Shown: positions 45,468 through 52,872 of the stretch, piece after piece
How the letters are laid out: the number at the start of each line of letters is the position of its first letter
Numbering within the stretch: position 1 is the stretch's first letter
Source of the DNA: Minisyncoccota bacterium
GTDB taxonomy: Bacteria > Patescibacteriota > Minisyncoccia > Phycocordibacterales > UBA6065
Length of the DNA: 64,000 bases
Direction of reading: 5' to 3'
NCBI GenBank assembly: GCA_036400935.1
Contig: DASWWW010000002.1
Location: 201,529-265,528, forward strand
The notes under the pieces: model-generated
The model's database searches: none
What the model saw: only the letters and a program-made list of their open reading frames with translations
Told to the model about the DNA's origin: nothing
Program-made: the position numbers and the translations under genes

Positions 45468-46364
45468 ATGGCAATACCTAAATTCGACGAGACGATGCTC
45501 CCGATACTTACCGTCCTCAAGGAAAAGGGACCCCTGCAGATCCGCGAGATCTCGAAATTGCTCGAGGACAAATTCAGCCTGACGGAATCAGAGAAAAACG
45601 AAACGGTATCGAACGGCGAGACACGCTTTCACGACCGAGTGTCTTGGGGGCGCACATACCTCAAGAAAGCAGGGCTCGTCAGCCAGGACTCCAAGGGATC
45701 CGACGTGCGCATTACCGAAGAAGGCGTCCGCGTGCTGGACTCAGGAATAGCGCAACTTAGTCTCAAATACCTGGAACGCTATCCATCGTTCGTATTTTTT
45801 GCCGAAGGAAGCAAAAAGACTCCCGAGGAGGTGAACAACTCCCTATCCGAAAAATTCTCCCCTCAGGACATGATCGATCAGGGGTTCAAGCGATTCTCAA
45901 ATACGCTCAAGAGCGACCTTCTCGAAAAGCTCCAAAGCAGCAACCCCTACTTTTTCGAGCGCGTCGCACTAATCTTGTTTCAAAAGATGGGATATGGAGA
46001 CTTCCAGGAGACTTCGAAATCGGGAGATGGCGGAATCGACGGGATAATAAGCCAGGACAAGCTAGGGCTCGAAAAGATATATATACAAGCAAAGCGCTTC
46101 GCCAATACCAACAAAGTTAGGGAGCCAGAAATAAGGAATTTCATCGGAGCCATGAGCGCCGACGTAAGTAAGGGAATATTCGTCACGACTTCGGCATTCG
46201 ACGATTCAGCGATCAAGAAAGCCGCCAATGCAAGCCACAAAATCGTGCTTATCGACGGCGAGCAGCTGACCGACCTCATGATCAAATACAGTGTCGGCGT
46301 TCAGAAATCGATATCATACGAGCTGAAGCAGATCGATCTCGATTTCTTTGAGAATCAATCCTAG
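45468..46364 (+). CDS. mrr: Mrr-family restriction endonuclease (type IV, modification-dependent)
   Basis: 298 aa; N-terminal Mrr_N winged helix (MLPILTVLKEKGPLQIREIS) and C-terminal Mrr_cat PD-(D/E)xK core (GDGGIDGI...IYIQAKR). Confidence 0.8.
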   Translation: MAIPKFDETMLPILTVLKEKGPLQIREISKLLEDKFSLTESEKNETVSNGETRFHDRVSWGRTYLKKAGLVSQDSKGSDVRITEEGVRVLDSGIAQLSLKYLERYPSFVFFAEGSKKTPEEVNNSLSEKFSPQDMIDQGFKRFSNTLKSDLLEKLQSSNPYFFERVALILFQKMGYGDFQETSKSGDGGIDGIISQDKLGLEKIYIQAKRFANTNKVREPEIRNFIGAMSADVSKGIFVTTSAFDDSAIKKAANASHKIVLIDGEQLTDLMIKYSVGVQKSISYELKQIDLDFFENQS

Positions 46365-46415
46365 CAGGAGTTCTTGACCGCTCAATTGGAATCAGTTATC
46401 GCTTAAAATCCGAAC

Positions 46416-47171
46416 ATGACCTCGAAAGAAACAGTCAACTTCCTCCCCGCAGATGAGCTTTTCGAAAAGGCCGCCGGCATATTCGTCGCCCAAAAGAAAG
46501 AGCTCGAAAAAATACTGCCGTCCGTCGACATCCAGCAGGTCGGAAGCTCATCTGTGCGCGGACTAATCGGCAAGCTAGATGTCGACGTGCAGATCAGGGT
46601 GACGAAGGAAAAGTTCCAGGACACTGTTACCGTGATGCAGAAAAAATATGTGCGAAAGCATCCCGAAATCTGGGAAGACAACTTTGCCCTTTTCTGTAAC
46701 AACAAAGACAACCTCATAGACCTTATCGTCACCGTAATAGGCTCAAAGCACGATGACTTTTATCACGAAGTGCGAGACACCCTAGCAGCCAGCGAGAATC
46801 TTAAAAAGGAATATAATGACCTCAAGCGCCGATACGAAGGAAGGCCCTACAGCGAATATAGAAGTGCGAAGGCCGCATTTTTAGCAAAAATCGGCGGGAT
46901 AAAATTTAACAGCATGCAAACCCAACCCAAAAAGACCCCTCTTATCGTCCTCGGCGTAACCGCAGTCCTCTGCTCGAGGCTCTTCTTCGCATTCATAGAC
47001 GATCCCGAGGGACCGAACCTGTTGATCGTCATGGTCCTGGCCCTGGTTCTCTACTTCCTCTCGCTTTCGGCATTCTCATTCAAATCTTTGGCGACGAATA
47101 CCAGAAAGTTCCTTTTCGCACTGTCTATCCAGGTACTCGCAGTCGTTATTCTCCACCTTTTCCTAAACTAG
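46416..47171 (+). CDS. GrpB-family nucleotidyltransferase-fold protein with C-terminal transmembrane extension
   Basis: 251 aa; GrpB core (QQVGSSSVRGLIGKLDVDVQIRV ... EVRDTLAASENLKKEYNDLKRRY) for ~170 aa then three hydrophobic helices. Confidence 0.65.
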   Translation: MTSKETVNFLPADELFEKAAGIFVAQKKELEKILPSVDIQQVGSSSVRGLIGKLDVDVQIRVTKEKFQDTVTVMQKKYVRKHPEIWEDNFALFCNNKDNLIDLIVTVIGSKHDDFYHEVRDTLAASENLKKEYNDLKRRYEGRPYSEYRSAKAAFLAKIGGIKFNSMQTQPKKTPLIVLGVTAVLCSRLFFAFIDDPEGPNLLIVMVLALVLYFLSLSAFSFKSLATNTRKFLFALSIQVLAVVILHLFLN

Positions 47172-47184
47172 CAGCAACAAGATC

Positions 47185-47733
47185 ATGAAAGACGCCCGCA
47201 TATTCCTGAACAGCCTCGACGAAGCCCGAAAGATCCTCGCGGAGCACGGAGCCGTCTCGAAAGGATATTACGAAATCCATGACATCATCTATGCTCCAAA
47301 GGACGCATCGAAGACGATCGCAGACGAATTCCTACGTCTCAGACTCGTGCCCGTAAACATCTGGAATGAAAAGGCCGTCGTACTCGCCATCAAGAACACC
47401 AAATCGAACGTAGTCGGCAAGGAATCGGTCATCCCCCTCAAGCTCCAATTCGATCAGGAGTCCGAAGCTCGCGCATATATAGAGGCAAACCTCGCGGACA
47501 AATACGCTTTCGACTACGAATTCAGCCGCATCGGCTGGCAGTACTTTATGCCGAACGGCGACGGCGTCGATCTGGAGGACATCGAGGGCCACCGCTCGAT
47601 CGAGTTCAAATCCCCCACCCAGGAAGGCCTAGAAAAGATCCTCGACATATTCGGCGTGAAGCGCGAGGATGTCATCAAAAGCGCTTCTGTCGTGGCGGTA
47701 AAAGAGATGCTTTCTTCCAAGATTTTGCGGTAA
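47185..47733 (+). CDS. CYTH-like (CyaB/thiamine-triphosphatase fold) domain protein, divergent
   Basis: 182 aa; length and pattern (LxxxGA...YYEIHDIIY...EFLRLRL...SIEFKSP...) resemble class IV adenylate cyclase/CYTH but canonical N-terminal EIExK missing. Confidence 0.4.
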   Translation: MKDARIFLNSLDEARKILAEHGAVSKGYYEIHDIIYAPKDASKTIADEFLRLRLVPVNIWNEKAVVLAIKNTKSNVVGKESVIPLKLQFDQESEARAYIEANLADKYAFDYEFSRIGWQYFMPNGDGVDLEDIEGHRSIEFKSPTQEGLEKILDIFGVKREDVIKSASVVAVKEMLSSKILR

Positions 47734-47762
47734 GGAAATGCGGGTGTATACTCGCATTATCT

Positions 47763-48713
47763 ATGAAAATCGCCATTCTGAACCACTGCTATTTCACGCC
47801 AGATCATATTGAGAGCCTGAAAAAGATCGGAGAGGTCGTCGAGCATCCAAACACGACAACGGCACAGGATGCCGTTGATCGAATCGGCGATGCCGAAATC
47901 GCCATAGCAGACTGCTTCGAGATACCTCTCAACAAAGAATTCTTCTCTGGCGTCAAGAATTTGAAATACCTCTGCCTCAATACGACCGGATACAATCTGG
48001 TGGATATCGATTCAGCAAAGCAGCACGGTATCACGGTGTCCAACCTTCCCGGATTCTCCACCGAAGCAGTCGCAGAGCACGCGATCGCGCTTATGTTCGC
48101 GGTATCGAAAAACATAATCGCCGGCGACCAGGCTATGCGCGGAAGGCCCTTCCAGCTCAATCCAGCAAATCGGGCGCACGACAAATACATCGGAACAAAC
48201 CTGAACGGAAAGACTCTGGGCGTAATCGGCCTCGGAAAGATCGGCTCCAGAATTGCCGAACTCGGCAAGGGCCTTGGCATGAAAGTCATCGCATATAACC
48301 GTACCCCCAAGGATCTTCCGGGGGTAAAAAGCGCGAGCATCGAGGAAATCTGTGCGAAGAGCGATGTCATCGCGCCAGCGGTGGCCTATAGCACTCAGCT
48401 CAAAGGGCTAATAAGCGAAAAGCTAATAAAGACCATGAAACCTTCCGCAATAATAGTGAACATTGCGCGCGGCGAGCTTATTGATGAAGCCGCCATGACC
48501 AACGCGCTTCAGAACAAGAAGCTCGCAGGCCTCGGCGCCGATGTTATAACCGATTGGTCACCAAACAATCCCCTCCTAGGACTTGAAAATGTTGTGCTGA
48601 CTCCCCATATGGCATTTCTCACAGACGAATCTCTCAAGAATATGGCGGATATAATCGTCTCAAACATTAGATCGTTCGCATCAGGCAAGGCGATCAACGT
48701 GGTCAATCCGTAA
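47763..48713 (+). CDS. D-isomer-specific 2-hydroxyacid dehydrogenase (NAD-binding)
   Basis: 316 aa; GxGxxG NAD fold (LGVIGLGKIGSRIA), catalytic RGE...H region (ARGELIDE...HMAF). Confidence 0.85.
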   Translation: MKIAILNHCYFTPDHIESLKKIGEVVEHPNTTTAQDAVDRIGDAEIAIADCFEIPLNKEFFSGVKNLKYLCLNTTGYNLVDIDSAKQHGITVSNLPGFSTEAVAEHAIALMFAVSKNIIAGDQAMRGRPFQLNPANRAHDKYIGTNLNGKTLGVIGLGKIGSRIAELGKGLGMKVIAYNRTPKDLPGVKSASIEEICAKSDVIAPAVAYSTQLKGLISEKLIKTMKPSAIIVNIARGELIDEAAMTNALQNKKLAGLGADVITDWSPNNPLLGLENVVLTPHMAFLTDESLKNMADIIVSNIRSFASGKAINVVNP

Positions 48714-48715
48714 TT

Positions 48716-49186
48716 ATGCTCAAGATTCCTCCCGAAGAATATTACAAAAGCCTCCCAAAGAAGCGCTGCGGCGCCGGAATCTTGTTTTTTAACGGCAAGA
48801 ATGAACTCCTCATCGTAAAGCCAAACTACAAAGAAGGCTGGTCCATTCCCGGAGGCGTAGTGGACGAAAACGAATCCCCGAAAGCGGCAGCGATCCGAGA
48901 AGCAAAGGAAGAAATCGGCCTCGACGTATCAGACCTGAAGCTTGCCTATATCGTATATACCGCCCCAGAAGGAATAAAAACCGAGGCGTTCCAATTCCTC
49001 TTTTTCGGAGGAATCTTGAACGACACGCAAATCTCGAAAATAAAGCTCCAGGAAGACGAGTTGGACGAATTCAGATTCGTCTCAGAAAACGAGGTGGTAG
49101 ATCTACTCGCCTCTGGACTCAAGGAAAGAGTACCTGAATGCCTCAGCGCTATTAAAAATAATACGGTGGCCTATAAAGAGTCATAA
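48716..49186 (+). CDS. NUDIX hydrolase
   Basis: 156 aa; Nudix box GGVVDENESPKAAAIREAKEEIGL. Confidence 0.8.
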   Translation: MLKIPPEEYYKSLPKKRCGAGILFFNGKNELLIVKPNYKEGWSIPGGVVDENESPKAAAIREAKEEIGLDVSDLKLAYIVYTAPEGIKTEAFQFLFFGGILNDTQISKIKLQEDELDEFRFVSENEVVDLLASGLKERVPECLSAIKNNTVAYKES

Positions 49187-49194
49187 TCAAGCAA

Positions 49195-49851
49195 ATGAAT
49201 ATCGACCGTCCCGCAAAAATAGTCTGGGAATATCTGAAGCTGAACCAGCCAATCAAGAAAAGCGATTGCATTCTCGTGCTTGGTAGCCACGATGTAGTTC
49301 CAGCGCATTATGGAATTGAGCTGTTCAAGAAAGGCTATGGCAGCCATATCGCCTTCTCAGGCGGCGCTATTCAGGAAATGCCGGGACATATATCCTCGGG
49401 TAAGGTAGAAGCGGAAGAGTATGCCGATATCGCCCGCAAAGCAGGAATTCCTGAAGAGAAAATCATCGTCGAGAACGCCTCAAAGAATACGGGAGACAAT
49501 TTCACCTTCACCGCCAAGGCCATAAAGGAAAGAGGCCTCGATTTCAAGAGTTTTCTTGTCATCCACAAGCCCTATGACGAGCGCAGGGATTTTGCCGTCG
49601 CATCAAAGCTTTGGCCGGACAAGGAAGTAACCGTAGTCTCAAAGCCGACAACGTTCGAAGAGTATACGAGCGGCCTCATCGCAAAAGAAAAAATCCTCAA
49701 CAACCTCACCGGAATCCTGCAGAGGATAAAAATATACAGCGACAAGGGATTCCAGGTACCCCAAGAAATTCCCACGGAAGTCTGGAGCGCATTTGAGGAA
49801 ATGGTAGCAGCCGGTTATGACAAGCGACTTGTATCACCTATAAAATCATGA
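49195..49851 (+). CDS. YdcF/DUF218 (ElyC/SanA-like) family protein
   Basis: 218 aa; ILVLGSHD...FSGG core typical of DUF218. Confidence 0.65.
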   Translation: MNIDRPAKIVWEYLKLNQPIKKSDCILVLGSHDVVPAHYGIELFKKGYGSHIAFSGGAIQEMPGHISSGKVEAEEYADIARKAGIPEEKIIVENASKNTGDNFTFTAKAIKERGLDFKSFLVIHKPYDERRDFAVASKLWPDKEVTVVSKPTTFEEYTSGLIAKEKILNNLTGILQRIKIYSDKGFQVPQEIPTEVWSAFEEMVAAGYDKRLVSPIKS

Positions 49852-50198
49852 CAAACCACCGCATCTACACCATGAGCGTCGCCAAGGTCTATCCGATGTA
49901 CATCGCGAAGGCCGAGAAGAAAGGCCGCACAAAAGACGAAGTCGACGAGATCATCCGCTGGCTCACCGGATACACTCAGAAGGCGCTCGAATCACAACTC
50001 AAGAAAGAGGCGACCTTCGAGGGATTCTTCGCCGAGGCTCCGAAACTCAATCCCGCCCGAAAGCTCATCAAGGGCGTTATCTGCGGCGTCCGTATCGAGG
50101 AGATCAAGGACCCGCTGATGCGCGAGATCCGCTATCTCGACAAGCTTGTCGATGAGCTCGCCAAAGGCAAAGCGATGGACGCTATATTACGAAAATAA
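49848..50198 (+). CDS. DUF2200-family protein
   Basis: 116 aa; [33 protein letters not shown] pattern; 4-nt overlap with upstream gene. Confidence 0.6.
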   Translation: MTNHRIYTMSVAKVYPMYIAKAEKKGRTKDEVDEIIRWLTGYTQKALESQLKKEATFEGFFAEAPKLNPARKLIKGVICGVRIEEIKDPLMREIRYLDKLVDELAKGKAMDAILRK

Positions 50199-50855
50199 AT
50201 GGACAAGAAACCCTCCGAACAATTCAATTTCATCGGCGCGGGCATTATGCTCGCAGCCCTTATCGCATTGTCATTCATTGTCGACGTCGACACGCTCAAG
50301 GCATGGATCATAGACGCTGGTGTCTGGGCACCGGTCGTATTCATCCTCCTCAAGATCTCGACCGTCGTCATCGCGCCTCTGTCAGGCTCGCCTCTCTATC
50401 CTCTGATTGGCCTCCTCTTCGGCTTCTGGCCCGGGCTTTTCTATGTAGCCCTCGGAGACTTCATCGCCTACACCCTCACCTTCTATATAAGCAGGATTTT
50501 CGGACAGAAGATCGTCATGAAAATGATTTCGAAAAAGGAGGAAGGGCTCCTCGCAAAAATCGTCGAGCATATCGGCACGGGCAAGGGCTTCTTTCACGCC
50601 TGCCTCACCTGCTTTGCCCTGCCCGAGCTCCTCTCGTACGGCGCGGGCCTGAGCAGAATACGCTACGTCACATTCATCCTCATCCTCTGGCCCGCCGCTA
50701 CCGTGGCGACGGGAGTCCTCGTGCTCTTTGGCTCGAGCCTCAGCGGTTCTGAGAAATCCCTCCTTATTTCTGCCGGCCTGCCGATAGTCGGCGCGGTCGC
50801 TATGCTTGTCGGCGGATCGTTCTTCGTGAAGGCGATCAAGAGGAAAACCCAGTAG
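50199..50855 (+). CDS. TVP38/TMEM64 (DedA-related, VTT domain) membrane protein
   Basis: 218 aa; multi-TM with VTT-domain-like core (PLSGSPLYPLIGLLFGFWPG...). Confidence 0.7.
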   Translation: MDKKPSEQFNFIGAGIMLAALIALSFIVDVDTLKAWIIDAGVWAPVVFILLKISTVVIAPLSGSPLYPLIGLLFGFWPGLFYVALGDFIAYTLTFYISRIFGQKIVMKMISKKEEGLLAKIVEHIGTGKGFFHACLTCFALPELLSYGAGLSRIRYVTFILILWPAATVATGVLVLFGSSLSGSEKSLLISAGLPIVGAVAMLVGGSFFVKAIKRKTQ

Positions 50856-50875
50856 ATCGTGCTAAAATTCAATAT

Positions 50876-51025
50876 ATGAAATGCCCAAAATGCAACAATG
50901 AAATGAAGGTCGTAAGCAAAGACACAAGCAGCAATCCGACGGACGGAAAAGTCTACGATCGAGCCGTAAACCAGTGCGAGACGTGCGACATCTGGGTTAC
51001 GACCGAGATCCCTCAGAGCAAATAA
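50876..51025 (+). CDS. 49-aa zinc-ribbon protein (not in ORF track)
   Basis: MKCPKCNNEMKVVSKDTSSNPTDGKVYDRAVNQCETCDIWVTTEIPQSK; CxxC...CxxC; stop TAA overlaps mltG ATG (TAATG). Confidence 0.45.
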   Translation: MKCPKCNNEMKVVSKDTSSNPTDGKVYDRAVNQCETCDIWVTTEIPQSK

Positions 51026-51993
51026 TGTCGAGAAACGCAAAACTTTTTTCTATCTCGCTTGCCTGCGCCTTTGTCGCCGCAATCGCGACCTTTCTTTATG
51101 CGTCTTTCTTTGCCGCGCCGCAGGATTCCGCCGAGCCCGAGCGCTTTATCGTAACGACCACAGCGACCAAAACCGACATCATCGCAAAGCTCGAAACTGA
51201 CGGCTTCATAAAGAGCGCGAAAGCCTTCGACCTCATTAGCCCCGAAACCATCCAGCCCGGCGGATACAAGATCGAAAAAGATTCGAGCGCATTCACGATT
51301 GCGCGCGCACTCAGGTCGGAACCGTACATGAAATGGGTCGTCATACCGGAGGGCCTGCGCAAGGAAGAGATCGCCGTCCTCATGGCCAAGAATCTCGGCT
51401 GGAGCGATGAGCAGGTAAAGACTTTCCTCACCGAGGACACGAACGCCGCGCCCGAAACCCGCGAAGGCGTCTATTTCCCTGACACGTACCTCATCCCGAC
51501 GGACGAAAGCACGTCGGACGTAGCAAAGCGCCTCAATCGCCGCTTCAACGAAGTCTTTGCGCCGTACGCAAAGGAAGCCGCCGCCCAAAACATAAAATGG
51601 ACGACCGTCATCAATATTGCCTCGCTCGTCCAACGCGAGGCGGCGGGCAAAAACGACATGCCGCTCATCGCCGGCGTCATCTGGAACCGCCTCGACGTCA
51701 ACATGAAGCTCGATATAGACGCGACCGTGCAGTACGCGCGAGGAGACGTCGGCCAAGGATGGTGGGCGCCCCTCGCGACAGCCAAGAATAGCGTACAGTC
51801 GCCATACAATACCTATAACAACAAGGGCCTGCCTCCCGGACCGATCGCAAACCCAGGCCTCGAAGCCATCCGCGCGGTGTTGAACCCAAAGAAAACCGAC
51901 TGCCTCTTTTATCTTCACGACAAATCGGGCGCAATCTACTGTGCAAAGACATTTGAAGAGCATAAGGAGAATATCGAGAAATACTTGAGATAG
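51025..51993 (+). CDS. mltG: endolytic murein transglycosylase MltG (YceG family)
   Basis: Start at MSRNAKLFSISL (ATG 51025) rather than tracked 50974; N-terminal TM then YceG-like domain (…GVIWNRL...DATVQYARGD...YNTYNNKGLPPGPIANPG). Confidence 0.8.
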   Translation: MSRNAKLFSISLACAFVAAIATFLYASFFAAPQDSAEPERFIVTTTATKTDIIAKLETDGFIKSAKAFDLISPETIQPGGYKIEKDSSAFTIARALRSEPYMKWVVIPEGLRKEEIAVLMAKNLGWSDEQVKTFLTEDTNAAPETREGVYFPDTYLIPTDESTSDVAKRLNRRFNEVFAPYAKEAAAQNIKWTTVINIASLVQREAAGKNDMPLIAGVIWNRLDVNMKLDIDATVQYARGDVGQGWWAPLATAKNSVQSPYNTYNNKGLPPGPIANPGLEAIRAVLNPKKTDCLFYLHDKSGAIYCAKTFEEHKENIEKYLR

Positions 51994-52054
51994 CTTCCGT
52001 ATTTATTTGCTACAATTAACCCATTAACCATCACAAGATTAATAACCAAATCCC

Positions 52055-52456
52055 ATGCCAGCAAAAACCACAAAATCAAAATACGTCGACGGATTCGTGC
52101 TCGTAATTCACAAAGATAAAGTCGCAGAGTACAAGAAGATGGCTCGCGACGGCGCAAAGGCCTGGAAGAAATTCGGCGCCCTCGATTACAAGGAGTGCAT
52201 GGGCGAGGATCTCGAGATCAAGGGATCGGCTGACATGCCTGCGCCTCTTTCCTTCACCCAGATGGCAAAGGCGGGCCCTGACGAGACAGTATGGTTCTCG
52301 TTCATTACCTTCAAGAGCAAGGCTCACCGCAATGAGGTAAACGCCAAAGTCATGGCCTATTTCGACAAGAAGTACGCAGGCAAGACAGACGTGCCGATGC
52401 CAATGGACACAAAGAGGATGGCATACGGAGGATTCTCAGTAGTGGTATCGTCCTAA
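52055..52456 (+). CDS. DUF1428-family protein
   Basis: 133 aa; KYVDGFVLVIHKDKVAEYKKMA pattern. Confidence 0.55.
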   Translation: MPAKTTKSKYVDGFVLVIHKDKVAEYKKMARDGAKAWKKFGALDYKECMGEDLEIKGSADMPAPLSFTQMAKAGPDETVWFSFITFKSKAHRNEVNAKVMAYFDKKYAGKTDVPMPMDTKRMAYGGFSVVVSS

Positions 52457-52465
52457 GCAAAAACA

Positions 52466-52846
52466 ATGGAAACGCTCGATACGAAAAAGGAATTCTCGAT
52501 CATCAAGAGGGCGAAAAGCTTTACTCACGCCGGCCGAGGCCTCTCTGTTTTCATCAAATCAACTCACAATGCCTGGATCCACATCGCACTGCTTGTAATC
52601 GCCGTAGCTGTCGGGCTTTTGCTCGGCATAACAAGGATAGAATGGATGATGCTCGTGCTCGCCGCAGGTTTTGTCATAGCAGCAGAGGCGTTCAATACCG
52701 CTATCGAGATCGATATCGACCTCACCTCTCCTGAATATCATCCTTACGCGAAGGACACCAAGGATGTGGCCGCCGGCGCGGTACTTATTTCAGCAGTGAC
52801 AGCCGCAATCATAGGCGCTTTCATCTTCCTCCCTTACCTAATATAG
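52466..52846 (+). CDS. diacylglycerol kinase (DgkA) family protein, second paralogue
   Basis: 126 aa; 3 TM; AEAFNTAIEIDIDL motif. Confidence 0.7.
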   Translation: METLDTKKEFSIIKRAKSFTHAGRGLSVFIKSTHNAWIHIALLVIAVAVGLLLGITRIEWMMLVLAAGFVIAAEAFNTAIEIDIDLTSPEYHPYAKDTKDVAAGAVLISAVTAAIIGAFIFLPYLI

Positions 52847-52872
52847 AGAAAAACTTTGCTATACTTGAGTGC

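Noticed and set aside
50974-51993. Tracked start (50974) of mltG
   Set aside because: 5' extension is in a different frame from, and overlaps, the zinc-ribbon small ORF; MSRNAKLF start at 51025 with N-terminal TM is typical for MltG.
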